From assembly GCA_027622665.1 (NCBI GenBank), contig JAQBYT010000003.1, positions 64,001 through 128,000 of the forward strand: DNA of 64,000 bases, in the 5' to 3' direction. The DNA is from Verrucomicrobiota bacterium. Lineage in GTDB: Bacteria > Verrucomicrobiota > Verrucomicrobiia > Opitutales > Seribacteraceae. Shown one piece after another: positions 18,999-32,072 of this stretch. The position numbers were made by a program, and so were the translations under genes. Numbering within the stretch: the stretch's first letter is position 1; each line of letters opens with the position of its first letter. Below the pieces are notes generated by a model. The model was not told where the DNA came from. It searched no databases and worked only from the letters and a program-made list of their open reading frames with translations.

Positions 18999-20225
18999 TC
19001 AGACGCTTTTCGTGGTTTCAACTTGTAAAAAAGCAAGCAAGGTTTCCACAGCTATGCGGGAGAATTCGGGATCATTGACGGTAGCGGGAATTTCTTGAAG
19101 ATCTATGTCCTTGCGAAGGTTAGACTTTATGGCAGCGAAGAGGGCTTGATCGGCGGCGGGATCGTGAAAGGGTTGGCCGGGAGCGGAAATGATGCTGATC
19201 GCTTTGGTGGGGAGCAGGACCGCTACGGGACCGGCGGAAAGGTTCGCCTTCTCCGCAAGGATGCGACCGAGATCGGAGCATTCCTCGGGAGTTGTTCGCA
19301 TGAGAGTGACTTGTGGGTTGTGCTCGTAAAAGAGACGGCCTGAGAATTTTCCCGGGATGGTGTCGCGTGGACCAAAATTCACCATGTCGAGACATCCCGG
19401 AGCTATCACGGCAGGCACACCGTTTCTTGCCGCCGCCTCCAAACGAGTAGGCCCGGCGCCAAGAATGCCACCGACAAGTTCATCGGCCCACTCGGTGGTC
19501 GTGAGATCGAGCACACCTGAAACGAGTCCGGTCTCGATGAGGCTCTCCATGGCGCGACCGCCGGCTCCCGTGGCGTGAAAGACGAGCACCTCGTAACCGG
19601 ATTCCTCAAGGATGTTCTTTGCATGATTCACGCATTCGGTGGTGTTTCCGAACATGCTAGCCGCGATGATCGGCTTATCATCGGCTGAAGGAACTTGCGT
19701 TTCCACCATCCCGCAAATGGCTCCTGCGGCATTGGCGAAGATGGCACGTGACACTCGATTAAGGCCAGCGACATCGACCACACTCGGCATCATGACCACA
19801 TCCTTCACACCAACGTAGGACGGCACGTTCTCACTGGCCGCGAGGGTAGACACCATCAGCTTGGGGAAGCCTATGGGCAAGGCCCGCATGGCGGCAGTGC
19901 CGATGGCAGTTCCCCCTCCTCCACCGAGAGAAACGATACCGTGAATCTTCTTTTCGGCTGCCAGCTTGGCGATGACTATAGCGGCGCCTTCCGACATGAC
20001 CTTGACTGCTTCGCCTCGATCACGACGGTCAACGAACGCAGCAAGGTCAGTTCCCGTTGCGGCTACCAATTCCTCGCGAGAAACGTCCGGAGCAATGCTT
20101 GGAGAATCGAGGGAACCAGCGTCGACCAACAACACCTCGTGCCCACGCTTGCGAATAAGGTCGGCGACGTAGGCATGCTCCTCGCCCTTGGTGTCGAAGG
20201 TTCCGAGGACTGCAATGGTAGACAT
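18999..20225 (-). CDS. Tm-1-like ATP-binding domain protein (UPF0261)
   Basis: Motifs LGTFDTKGEE, LGGGGGT, LPIGFPKLMVST, SVVDVAGLN, SMFGNTT, VFHATGAGG and HNPQVTLMRT. Confidence 0.92.
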   Translation of the reverse strand: MSTIAVLGTFDTKGEEHAYVADLIRKRGHEVLLVDAGSLDSPSIAPDVSREELVAATGTDLAAFVDRRDRGEAVKVMSEGAAIVIAKLAAEKKIHGIVSLGGGGGTAIGTAAMRALPIGFPKLMVSTLAASENVPSYVGVKDVVMMPSVVDVAGLNRVSRAIFANAAGAICGMVETQVPSADDKPIIAASMFGNTTECVNHAKNILEESGYEVLVFHATGAGGRAMESLIETGLVSGVLDLTTTEWADELVGGILGAGPTRLEAAARNGVPAVIAPGCLDMVNFGPRDTIPGKFSGRLFYEHNPQVTLMRTTPEECSDLGRILAEKANLSAGPVAVLLPTKAISIISAPGQPFHDPAADQALFAAIKSNLRKDIDLQEIPATVNDPEFSRIAVETLLAFLQVETTKSV

Positions 20226-20229
20226 GCGA

Positions 20230-21075
20230 TCAATCCCTCTCGGGAAGCTCGATCTCGCAAAAGGCCTTTACCTGAGAAGTTAGGGCCGTCTCCGTTGGGA
20301 GACGCTCCATCGAACTCGCTCCATAGAAACCGTCGACGCCCCGGCAGTTCCTCAGGACGTAACCCGCGTCCTCAGGCATGGAAATTGGGCCGCCGTGGCA
20401 AATCACCAAGACGTCGTCGCGAACAGACTTGGCGGCATCGGCAATGGCCTGCACTTCCCGCACGGCGTCATCCAGAGTCATGGCAGTCTCGGCCCCGATG
20501 GAACCGCCGGTGGTCAGGCCCATATGAGCCACGATGATATCGGCGCCTGCCTCGGTCATTCGTTTCGATTCCTCCACGTTAAAGACATAAGGAGTTGTCA
20601 GTAGGTCGAGATCGCGTGCCGCCCGTATCAAGTCCACTTCCAAAACGTACCCCATCCCGGTTTCCTCCAAGTTCACGCGCATCTTCCCGTCGAAGAGTCC
20701 GACCGTCGGAAAATTCTGGATCCCGGCGAAGCCCATGTCCTTGAGCTGTCGTAGGAAGGGATCGCGAAGCATGAAGGGGTCGGTACCGTTCACGCCGGCG
20801 AGAACGGGCGTATGCGTCACGGCGGTAAGCACCTCGCGAGCCATGTCCACGACCACCTCGTTGGCATTGCCATAGGCCATAAGCCCGGAAAGAGAACCAC
20901 GACCAGCCATGCGATAACGGCCCGAGTTGTAGATAACGATGAGGTCCACGCCTCCGGCCTCCTCACATTTGGCTGAAATCCCGGTGCCGGCGCCTCCACC
21001 CACGATTGGCTTACCCGAGGCGACCTTGGAGCGAAGGCGTTGGAGAATGGCTAACCGGGTATCGTTTGTAGACAT
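20230..21075 (-). CDS. TIM-barrel signal transduction / PEP-hydrolase-like protein (homolog of the Tm-1 C-terminal half)
   Basis: Motifs [38 protein letters not shown] and [12 protein letters not shown]. Confidence 0.92.
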   Translation of the reverse strand: MSTNDTRLAILQRLRSKVASGKPIVGGGAGTGISAKCEEAGGVDLIVIYNSGRYRMAGRGSLSGLMAYGNANEVVVDMAREVLTAVTHTPVLAGVNGTDPFMLRDPFLRQLKDMGFAGIQNFPTVGLFDGKMRVNLEETGMGYVLEVDLIRAARDLDLLTTPYVFNVEESKRMTEAGADIIVAHMGLTTGGSIGAETAMTLDDAVREVQAIADAAKSVRDDVLVICHGGPISMPEDAGYVLRNCRGVDGFYGASSMERLPTETALTSQVKAFCEIELPERD

Positions 21076-21103
21076 TGGCTCGATGAAGGGGAACGGGGAA
21101 AAA

Positions 21104-21526
21104 TCAGCCGCCTTTTCCGTCGAGGCTAAGCTTAGTCAAATTGCGAGATTTAAGCATGTCCACGACATCAATAATTTTCTGGTAAGGAAGATTTTTATCC
21201 CCGCGAATATGCACTACGGGCTGGTCCAGTGGTGGGGCCTCGGCGATTTCGTCAAGCAAAGCCTCAAGGCGCTCCTTGGTAACGTCGTCCTCGCCCCATT
21301 GGTAAACGCCATTCGCGTCTATGGTTATTGTTTTGTCCTCGAGCTGCTTCTTGGGTTGCTGTTCGGAGGTACTTTGGTCTGGCAGTTCTATGCGATTATA
21401 TTGCTCGATCACAGGGGTTGTAATCATGAAGATTATGAGCAGGGCAAAAGCCAGATCGATAAGCGGTGTGACGTTTAGGTCGGAAATGGACTCGAGCTTT
21501 TTCTTCTGTTTGAAATCTCGTGCCAT
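21104..21526 (-). CDS. ExbD/TolR family protein
   Basis: Motifs [20 protein letters not shown] and IRGDKNLPY. Confidence 0.92.
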   Translation of the reverse strand: MARDFKQKKKLESISDLNVTPLIDLAFALLIIFMITTPVIEQYNRIELPDQSTSEQQPKKQLEDKTITIDANGVYQWGEDDVTKERLEALLDEIAEAPPLDQPVVHIRGDKNLPYQKIIDVVDMLKSRNLTKLSLDGKGG

Positions 21527-21590
21527 GATAAACTTTAAGAATTAGCTGATCGGGAATTTCTCAGGACTTAGACAGAAGCTAAAGAAAAGC

Positions 21591-22289
21591 TTAATTTGCG
21601 GAATCAAGCTCAATGCGGTCGGCCACCAGACTTGCAAAATTCTCCAGACGTGTGATCTCGCTCCGGGTCGAACTAAGCAGGGAGTTGTATATGAAGACGG
21701 TGGGGATCGCGACCAAAAGAGCGGCCACGGTAGTGAGCAAGGCCCCGGATACGCCGGGAGCCAATTGGTCGATCGTAGCCCCGCCCTTTCCCATGGAACC
21801 GAAGGCATCCATCACCCCCCAAACGGTACCGAGAAGACCAAGAAAGGGAGCTCCCGAGACAATAGTTGCAAGATAGATCATCTTGTCCTCATATCTATCG
21901 GTGAGTTCCGAAAGAGTGCGACGGAGAGCGTTTTCGACTTGGCTCATGCGAGCCGAATGGCTTTTGGCACCACTCTTCTCGTGCTTACGGTAAGCCTCCA
22001 TGGCTCGAGACACCAAGCGAAGGAATGGCCCTCCCTCCCCTTTGAACAAGGCGTCGTCATAGTGCATGAGGCTAGGCAGTTCGTGAATTTTCTTTTCGTG
22101 ACGGGCATTGAACTGCTTCAGCTTCCGCAGGTCGGAATACTTCGAATATATAAGCGACCAAGCATAGATGCTGAGACCGAAAAGTGCGAAGATGACGCAC
22201 TTGCCGGCCAAATTGGAATTCCAAAAATAGTCGAAGACATTTGCATCCGCGAGGAAGGAAAATTCGTAGGTGAACAAATTCTTTAGCAT
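21591..22289 (-). CDS. MotA/TolQ/ExbB proton channel family protein
   Basis: Motifs APFLGLLGTVWGVM and LAPGVSGALLTT. Confidence 0.92.
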   Translation of the reverse strand: MLKNLFTYEFSFLADANVFDYFWNSNLAGKCVIFALFGLSIYAWSLIYSKYSDLRKLKQFNARHEKKIHELPSLMHYDDALFKGEGGPFLRLVSRAMEAYRKHEKSGAKSHSARMSQVENALRRTLSELTDRYEDKMIYLATIVSGAPFLGLLGTVWGVMDAFGSMGKGGATIDQLAPGVSGALLTTVAALLVAIPTVFIYNSLLSSTRSEITRLENFASLVADRIELDSAN

Positions 22290-22529
22290 GGCGTTAAGTT
22301 TGCGTAAAAATAGACCAAAGACATCAACGATTGTTCAATAAGGTAAATGAGAGAGTGCAATGAAAAAGAACAGTAATCACAATATAGTGGCTTTCAGACA
22401 ACTTTGAAAATGGTTTTTCGTAGAGATTTCCGAGACAAAAAAAGATACGTTAATACTGATTAATTAACTCGGAGTCCAATCGCTTTAAGTTTGCGAAGAA
22501 AGGCTTTCGCGTACTATTTATTTGGCGAA

Positions 22530-23651
22530 ATGGGAAACGCTGAAGAAACGCTCAAGGAAGCGGAAGAAAGAACCTTCACTCTAACTGGACACAAAGCCTT
22601 GGTGGGTCTTGACGGCTTCGTCGACAAGATAGTTACGCCCGTCAACCAACGGCATGGCATGGGGGAAAACTTCGATCCCATCGAGACCATATCCGATCTC
22701 GGATCTCGAATCACCGCGGCCGCAGGCAAGAGCACCAACATCGAACTGTTTTCCCGATTCGACAAACTCGGCGGCAACGGCCCCATCATGGCAAACTCCT
22801 TGCTCTCTCTTGGATTGCCCACCCGATACGTCGGGGCGCTTGGCCGATCCGAACCTCATCCAGTGTTTAAGGATTTCGCAGAAAAAACGGAAGCCATCAC
22901 CTTGGCCGATCCGGGGATCACCACAGCCTTGGAATTCAAAGACGGCAAAGTGATGTTCGGTGACATGAAGAGCCTCGACGACGTCGATTATTCGCGAATC
23001 CTCGAAGTTTGTGGAGAAGGTAAGTTCATCGACATGCTCGCCCGAGCAAACTTGGTCGCAATGGTCAACTGGACGATGATTCCGAAGATGACGGCCACCC
23101 TCGTCGAAATCTTAGAGAAAATAATGCCCAGCTTGCCTCCTCTGGACACTCGACAGTTTTTCTTTGATCTTGCCGATCCCGCCAAGCGTTCGCAGGAAGA
23201 CATTTTAGAGGCGATGAGAGTTTTTGCTCGTTATCAGGCGCACGCCGAAGTCACCTTGGGATTGAACTTCAACGAAGCCATCCAAGTCTCGCAAGTTCTG
23301 GGATTGAATCCGCAAGACGACGATTCCGCGGGTTTACGGCAAATGGCACAGGATATTCGCAATGAACTGGAACTGGCCTGTGTAGTCGTCCATCCGGTGA
23401 GTTCCGCCGCCTGCGCCACAAAGAAAGACAGTTGGTGGGCGCCGGGACCTTTTACTCCTAATCCCAAAATTACGACCGGGGCGGGCGATCACTTCAACGC
23501 CGGGTTCTGCGCGGCTCGATTGTGCGGATTCTCGCCAAGAAGTTGCCTTACGCTCGCCAGTTGCACCTCCGGGTACTATGTTCGGACTGCACAAAGCCCG
23601 TCCTCCTCACAGGTGGTGGGTTTCCTACGAGAACTTACACAAGAATCATGA
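22530..23651 (+). CDS. PfkB family carbohydrate kinase
   Basis: Motifs LGGNGPIMANS and TTGAGDHFNAGF. Confidence 0.85.
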   Translation: MGNAEETLKEAEERTFTLTGHKALVGLDGFVDKIVTPVNQRHGMGENFDPIETISDLGSRITAAAGKSTNIELFSRFDKLGGNGPIMANSLLSLGLPTRYVGALGRSEPHPVFKDFAEKTEAITLADPGITTALEFKDGKVMFGDMKSLDDVDYSRILEVCGEGKFIDMLARANLVAMVNWTMIPKMTATLVEILEKIMPSLPPLDTRQFFFDLADPAKRSQEDILEAMRVFARYQAHAEVTLGLNFNEAIQVSQVLGLNPQDDDSAGLRQMAQDIRNELELACVVVHPVSSAACATKKDSWWAPGPFTPNPKITTGAGDHFNAGFCAARLCGFSPRSCLTLASCTSGYYVRTAQSPSSSQVVGFLRELTQES

Positions 23652-24298
23652 GTCACGAAAAAGGAATTTTAATCTCCTTCGAGGGATCCGAAGGATGCGG
23701 CAAGTCTACCCAGATTCGTCGCATCGCCGATCGTCTGGAGGACATCGATCACCGCGAGGTGGTAGTAACGCGCGAACCCGGAGGCACACTTATCGGCGAG
23801 GATATTCGCCACCTTCTCATGCATGCGGAGGAAGCTCAGGCCATGTTCCCCGAGACAGAACTTCTGCTCTTTGCCGCGAGCCGGGCTCAGCTGGTGAGGG
23901 AAGTCATTTTCCCTGCCGTCAAGGAAGGGAAAATCGTCCTTTGCGACCGTTTTCTCGACTCCACAACAGTCTACCAAGGCGTAGCTCGACAAATTGCCGA
24001 GGACCCCGTGACTCAAATCAACAACTTCGCCGTCGGTGAAATCATTCCCGATCTCACCGTCATTCTGGATATTCCTCCGGAATTAGGTCTGGAGCGCATT
24101 CGGCATCGGGTGTCCGATATGCCTGACCGCATGGAGCAGGAAAACGTCGAGTTCTATGGTAAAGTGCGAGAAGGTTACCTCCACCTGGCTCGTTCCCTTC
24201 CTGAACGCTTCTTCGTAATAGACGGCGAGCTCGACCCCGACGATATCGAACTTGAGATTTGGAATGAGATGCACGCCCGCTTCTTTGCCGAAGATTAG
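23648..24298 (+). CDS. tmk: Thymidylate kinase
   Basis: Motifs FEGSEGCGKSTQ, TREPGG and LCDRF; ATGA overlap with the pfkB-family stop. Confidence 0.96.
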   Translation: MSHEKGILISFEGSEGCGKSTQIRRIADRLEDIDHREVVVTREPGGTLIGEDIRHLLMHAEEAQAMFPETELLLFAASRAQLVREVIFPAVKEGKIVLCDRFLDSTTVYQGVARQIAEDPVTQINNFAVGEIIPDLTVILDIPPELGLERIRHRVSDMPDRMEQENVEFYGKVREGYLHLARSLPERFFVIDGELDPDDIELEIWNEMHARFFAED

Positions 24299-24311
24299 TA
24301 GTCACTGAATA

Positions 24312-26663
<2,352 letters not shown>

Positions 26664-26739
26664 CTCCCCGTCGAAGACGAGCTAAATTGTCCAACTGAAA
26701 AGCCAAAGTCGATAGAGAAAAAGTGGGGGTAAATCTCTG

Positions 26740-27864
26740 TTAAACCCTCAGAACCCTAGCTACTTCCTCAGCGTTCAGTGAATGCCCGACAAGAGGTTGA
26801 GAACCGTCGGCGGCCACTTGCTGCCATGCTGCGGATAGGGTTCCATCGGCAAGGAAAATCGCCGAGGCATAACGACTGCAACCGGTTGCATGAGGTGAGA
26901 TGAATAGAGGAAAATCTTGCGATATGCGACGCAACTGTGGAAACTCATCGTCAAATCCCCAAGCGAGTCCGCCGAGTTCCTCGCAGGAGTAACCTCTGGG
27001 TCTACGAGCCGCCTTCGGATTTTGGTCAAGGGACCGTAGGCACTCTGCCCCGTCATAGAAGTATAAAGACAGAGGAGCCAGATTCTCGAGAATGCCCACT
27101 TGCGGCAACGGGAGCCGTTCAGTAACACGAACACAGGCGACGTCCCAGCTCGGACCTCGATCCAGTAAGCTCTTGCTAACGAGGTGGAAGGGGCCTCCGG
27201 AAGCCTCGCGAGTGGCCAAACCTGTATTGGAGCTAGACCAAGAAAAGGGATGCGAGCAAAAAACGAGTTGCGTGAAACCATCGGAAGTCCGAAAGGCCAC
27301 GGGATCCTTCATATGCAAAAAACCTCCCTCCGAAGTCGAAAGTACAGTAGCCGAGTTTTCGGTACTGATCGAGGTCGGATCCGAGGAATCACCAGAAAGG
27401 CAGTCGATGCTCCAGACTCCAGTTCCGGGCTTCTGAAAGTGAATGAGATTCTTGGGATACGGAATTTGTTTCTCGGTAGAGACAAACAATTCCCAAGACT
27501 CACCATCGACGGAAGGCAAGAGACTTCCACCCTCGATTGAGACTACGGAAGCATCCTCGGTGGAGAGATCCGCCTTGGAGAAGGAATGAATTTTCTCGAA
27601 CGGGCCTTCGGAATTCGTTGCCCTGAAGATGGAAAGCTCAAGGCCTCTCTCACCGGCGTCGGTTCCCTTGCGGGCATCTCCAGAATTACGATAGCGACCA
27701 CAAAGCAACAAGTCGCCGGAAGGCTCTTGAACAAGGTTTCCTCCTCCGAACCAGTAACCGCTTGCTTCGCCCAACGCAGGAACAAGAGTACGGGCGGCAT
27801 GCTGATCGAGCAGGCGAAGACCCAACTGACGAAGCTTTTCCGGGAGTTCTTCGGGAAAGTTCAC
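26740..27864 (-). CDS. Conserved hypothetical protein, glycosidase/sialidase-like beta-propeller
   Basis: 374-aa ORF with GYWFGGG, SIEG, KDP and WD motifs reminiscent of propeller glycosidases. Confidence 0.55.
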   Translation of the reverse strand: MNFPEELPEKLRQLGLRLLDQHAARTLVPALGEASGYWFGGGNLVQEPSGDLLLCGRYRNSGDARKGTDAGERGLELSIFRATNSEGPFEKIHSFSKADLSTEDASVVSIEGGSLLPSVDGESWELFVSTEKQIPYPKNLIHFQKPGTGVWSIDCLSGDSSDPTSISTENSATVLSTSEGGFLHMKDPVAFRTSDGFTQLVFCSHPFSWSSSNTGLATREASGGPFHLVSKSLLDRGPSWDVACVRVTERLPLPQVGILENLAPLSLYFYDGAECLRSLDQNPKAARRPRGYSCEELGGLAWGFDDEFPQLRRISQDFPLFISPHATGCSRYASAIFLADGTLSAAWQQVAADGSQPLVGHSLNAEEVARVLRV

Positions 27865-27920
27865 TGTTTACAAAGCACTGACAGTTGCGACCGGAATACA
27901 AACAGAAATCGGGAGACGAA

Positions 27921-29195
27921 TTAGCGCATCATACCTGCGGCCAAAGTCTCGTTGGTGAAGGAGTCCACCAAGATAAAACTCCCCGTATTGCGATTGCGCC
28001 GATAAGTATCGAAAAACAAAGGTTGGGAAACGCGCAGGGTGACTCGACCGATGTCGTTCATTCCGAACTCATGATCATCCTCGACCTTGTGCAAGGTATT
28101 GACGTCCACCTTGTACAAAACCTCGGTGACGATAGCCTGAACGTCCTTGGTAGTATGCCGCAGAAGATATTTTGATCCGGCCACTAGCTTCTTGGAAGAG
28201 GAAAACCAGCACAACATCGCATCCAAGTTCTGATCAACCTTGGGCTGGTTGTTGGGCTTCACCAGCATGTCGCCGCGGCTGACGTCGATTTCGTCCTCAA
28301 GCGTAACGGTAACGGAGAGCGGATTATACGCTTTTTCCAGTTCCTTCTCCGCCATGAAGATCTTCTTTATCCGTGTCGAAAACCCGGAAGGCAGCACGGT
28401 CACCTCGTCGCCCGGCTTGAAGACCCCCCCGGCCACTCGACCGGCAAAACCCCGAAAATCGTGATGTTCGTCGGAATGCGGGCGTATCACCCACTGGACG
28501 GGAAAACGGGCATCCACATGATTGGCATCGGACCCCACGTATACGGTTTCGAGATGATAAAGGAGCGAAGACCCCTTGTACCACGGCATGTGCTCGGATC
28601 GCTCCACGACGTTGTCACCTTTCAATGCGCTGATCGGAATGAAGGTCAGCTCAGTAACGTTATCGAGACGGGAGGCAAAATCGCCGAACTCCTTGAGAAC
28701 CTTATCGTATGGATCCTGACCGTAGTCCACGAGATCCATCTTGTTAATGCAGACGGCGACGTGCTTGATCCCGAGAAGATCAGCAATGAAAGCGTGGCGC
28801 TTGGTCTGCTCGATCACTCCCTTGCGGGCATCGACCAATATGAGGGCTAGGTTTGCCGTAGAGGCCCCCGTCACCATGTTGCGGGTGTACTGGATGTGGC
28901 CCGGCGTATCCGCGATGATGAATTTTCGCTTGGGCGTGGCAAAATAACGGTAGGCGACGTCGATGGTAATTCCTTGCTCTCGCTCGGCCCTCAATCCGTC
29001 GGTCAACAAAGCAAGGTTAACGTTTTCGTCACCATGCTGCTTGCTGGAACGCTCGATGGCCTCTAGCTGGTCCTCGAAGATGGACTTGGTGTCGTAAAAA
29101 AGTCGCCCGACGAGGGTACTCTTTCCGTCGTCCACGCTTCCCGCAGTAGTGAACCGCAGCAGATCCATTTCCAGATAATTCTTGTCTTCGGTCAT
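27921..29195 (-). CDS. cysN: Sulfate adenylyltransferase subunit 1
   Basis: Motifs GSVDDGKST, AEREQGITIDVAYRYF, DTPGH and NKMD. Confidence 0.97.
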   Translation of the reverse strand: MTEDKNYLEMDLLRFTTAGSVDDGKSTLVGRLFYDTKSIFEDQLEAIERSSKQHGDENVNLALLTDGLRAEREQGITIDVAYRYFATPKRKFIIADTPGHIQYTRNMVTGASTANLALILVDARKGVIEQTKRHAFIADLLGIKHVAVCINKMDLVDYGQDPYDKVLKEFGDFASRLDNVTELTFIPISALKGDNVVERSEHMPWYKGSSLLYHLETVYVGSDANHVDARFPVQWVIRPHSDEHHDFRGFAGRVAGGVFKPGDEVTVLPSGFSTRIKKIFMAEKELEKAYNPLSVTVTLEDEIDVSRGDMLVKPNNQPKVDQNLDAMLCWFSSSKKLVAGSKYLLRHTTKDVQAIVTEVLYKVDVNTLHKVEDDHEFGMNDIGRVTLRVSQPLFFDTYRRNRNTGSFILVDSFTNETLAAGMMR

Positions 29196-29204
29196 TTGAA
29201 TGTC

Positions 29205-30110
29205 CTAAAAATATCCTTGTTTCTTACGGTCTTCCATCGCTGCCTCGGAACGACGGTCATCGGTGCGGGAACCACGTTCGGTAATTCTCGAGGCAGCCAC
29301 CTCTTGGATAACCTCGTCAAGAGAAGAGGCATTGGACCGAACGGCACCCGTGCAAGTGGCATCACCAATCGTGCGAAAGCGTACCGTTTCCTTGGCAGGG
29401 TTTTCACCCTCACGGGGAACGACGAATTCCGAAACTGCGAGAAGGCTGCCGTTCCGCTCAACCACCTCTCGCTCATGGGCGAAGTAAAGACTCGGCAAGT
29501 CGATTTCCTCGAGTCGGGCATATTGCCAAATATCCATCTCCGTCCAATTGCTAAGAGGGAAGATACGAAAGTTTTCGCCGGGAGCCATTCGACCATTGAA
29601 CAGGTTCCAAAGCTCGGGTCGCTGGTTCTTGGGGTCCCACTGCCCAAACGCATCACGATGAGAGAAGAAACGTTCCTTCGCCCGAGCCTTCTCCTCGTCC
29701 CGGCGACCGCCACCGAGACAGGCGTCAAAGCCTTCACGCTCGATGGACTCCAACAGGGTCACGGACTGCAGGCCATTTCGGCTGGCGTCTGGCCCCGTTT
29801 CTTCCTCCACCGTGCCTCGTTCGATCGAATCCTGCACCAACCCCACGACCAATTGGGCTCCCCGTTTCTCCACGAAACGATCTCGGAACTCAATGGTCTC
29901 GGGGAAATTGTGCCCCGTGTCCACATGAAGAAAATGAAAGGGTGTCTTTGCAGGGGCAAAGGCCTTAGCGGCCAAATGCGCCATCACGATGGAATCCTTC
30001 CCCCCCGAAAAAAGAAGGCAGGGACGTTCGAACTGGGCGGCCGTCTCCCGCAGCACGAAAATGGACTCGGACTCGAGTTGGTTGAGGTGCGTGGCGTTGT
30101 ATGTGCGCAT
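29205..30110 (-). CDS. cysD: Sulfate adenylyltransferase subunit 2
   Basis: Motifs FSGGKDS, GGRRDEEKARAKER, WDPKNQRPELW and MEDRKKQGYF. Confidence 0.97.
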   Translation of the reverse strand: MRTYNATHLNQLESESIFVLRETAAQFERPCLLFSGGKDSIVMAHLAAKAFAPAKTPFHFLHVDTGHNFPETIEFRDRFVEKRGAQLVVGLVQDSIERGTVEEETGPDASRNGLQSVTLLESIEREGFDACLGGGRRDEEKARAKERFFSHRDAFGQWDPKNQRPELWNLFNGRMAPGENFRIFPLSNWTEMDIWQYARLEEIDLPSLYFAHEREVVERNGSLLAVSEFVVPREGENPAKETVRFRTIGDATCTGAVRSNASSLDEVIQEVAASRITERGSRTDDRRSEAAMEDRKKQGYF

Positions 30111-30170
30111 CGTATTTGTTCAAAAAAAAGATCTTGGCAGTAAGTCTAAAAAAGGAATTAAATATCCGGC

Positions 30171-30776
30171 TTATTCGTGAAGCTGAACCAAGGGGAGGAC
30201 CGCATCCATCAATTGAACGAGGGATTCCTCGGGCGAAGACTTCTCGGTCTCGATGGTCAACCAAGGCGAGTCCGGTTCATCGAAGGTGGACGCCTTGCCC
30301 GTGAAATCGGATATCTCCCCTGCCCTCGCCTTTGCATAAAGCCCCTTCACGTCGCGCTCCTCGCAGGTAGCGTAGGAAGCCTTGACGTAAACCTCTCGAA
30401 AATCATCTTCGCCTACGATTGCCCGTGCGGTCTCGCGAAATTCCTGCCGAGGGGTGATGAAGGAAACGATGGTCACCAAACCGCTCTCAGCAAAAAGCTT
30501 GGCCACCTCGGCCACCCGACGCAGGTTTTCCTCACGATCCTCATCGGAAAAACCGAGATCCTTGTTCAAGCCCGATCTCAAGTTATCACCATCCAGAACG
30601 GCGGCAACCAGACCGTTTTCATGCAGGCTACGCTCCAATCCGATGGCCAACGTGCTCTTCCCCGAACCCGACAATCCATACAACCAGAACACCCGCCCGC
30701 TTTGGCGAAGCAGGCGTTCCTTGTCGGCCCGGGGCAATAATTTGTCCGCAACCGGATGTACGTTCGTGGCGACCAT
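30171..30776 (-). CDS. cysC: Adenylyl-sulfate kinase
   Basis: Motifs GLSGSGKST, LDGDNLR, DLGFS and RDVKGLY. Confidence 0.95.
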   Translation of the reverse strand: MVATNVHPVADKLLPRADKERLLRQSGRVFWLYGLSGSGKSTLAIGLERSLHENGLVAAVLDGDNLRSGLNKDLGFSDEDREENLRRVAEVAKLFAESGLVTIVSFITPRQEFRETARAIVGEDDFREVYVKASYATCEERDVKGLYAKARAGEISDFTGKASTFDEPDSPWLTIETEKSSPEESLVQLMDAVLPLVQLHE

Positions 30777-30897
30777 GAAGTATCGGGGGGAAACAAACAA
30801 GCATACCATTTTCCCCGAAAAGTAAAAGCCAATACCTGTCATAGGACATTAGCGGGAGCTCATGGCAATGGGTTCCGTGATCTGAATGCTGGCTAGG

Positions 30898-32041
30898 CTA
30901 CTTGATTTCTACTTCTAGGCGGCGGCCTTTGTCGATTTCTCCGCCAGAGAGATCACGGAGAATGTAGTAGTGATGCTGGAGCGGGAAAACACCGGAGTAA
31001 CTTCCAACGGTAAAGAGGGAATTGCGAAGTGACTTCGGGCCAATAGTGATTTTCCTTTTCCCGAAGACTTTGCCCGAAACGAAGGCGGTTTCAATTCCCT
31101 TGTGGTAGGTAAGCTTCTTTTTCAGGTCGTCCCATTTTTCGAGATAAGGAATGGTTTCCCTCGCACCCGTTTTGGTTTTCACCTCAATGGCCGTTTCGTC
31201 CACAAACTTCTTCCACTGCTTGGGACCATCGCCGTCTTTCATTAGAATGGAGTCCGGGGAGTGAAACCCGACGGATAAGACGGTTTCGTGATCCACGCTG
31301 GAAGGATCGTCCGCTTCCGCCCAAATGGCGACCCCGCGAGAAGTGGCCTCGAAACCGATCTCGAGGATGACCCCGTCCTCCAGTTCCGCCTGCAGTTCTA
31401 TCCGACCCAATTTCTCGGAGGGCTTGGGCGGGTTCTTGAAACCAACCATCTTGCGAAAGTAATAGTGGAGATCGGCCCTTGTCGACGAGTACGCATGGGT
31501 GTCTCCTCGAGGGTTAGGTTTGTTGTAATATCCGTGGTAGAACCTAAAAACAAGAGGGCGACCTTGAAGGAGCGGTTCGCTGCCGTCCTTCAGGTAAAGA
31601 TAGAAATGACCGTTTCCGTGCAGGGCTACGTCAAAGTTGGTGGACTCGAGCACGGAGTGATAACTCGCCCACTTGCCCGAACCGAGAGTGGGGAGGAGAA
31701 CCTTCCCTCTGGGTCCCGCAGTTTTCTTAACCGCCGGAGGATCAGGCGAATCGGGATCGGATGGGGCGGATGGATTTTACAGGTAACGAAAGAGGCGTTG
31801 CAGGTGGGGGAGGCACGGATGATTTCCGGGCCAACTCCTGAGACTCGAGCCTGAGATCCGACAGTTTAATGACGAAGTTTCGACCGTTCATAAAAAGCGT
31901 AACGGTCTCCGCATCTCCTCGGACGAATTTGGCCTTGATCATTCGGCCCCCACTGTTCGTCCACTCATATATCTCGGACTGAGCGAGGACGATCTGGATA
32001 ATAGAAATCAGGAACAGGATAGAAAACTTGATAGATTTCAT
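30898..32041 (-). pseudogene. Frameshifted secreted SHD1-like protein, paralog of 1985-3787
   Basis: Signal peptide plus an SHD1-like repeat (EWTNSGGRMIKAKF) in one frame. The Pro-rich linker and C-domain continue in another frame, with the switch at a T4 run (31775-31778). Confidence 0.75.
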
Positions 32042-32072
32042 TTCTACAAGTGTCCCCACAGAAAGAAAAACG

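Noticed and set aside
29196..30143. 315-aa plus-strand ORF
   Set aside because: It is the antisense shadow of the clearly identified cysD.
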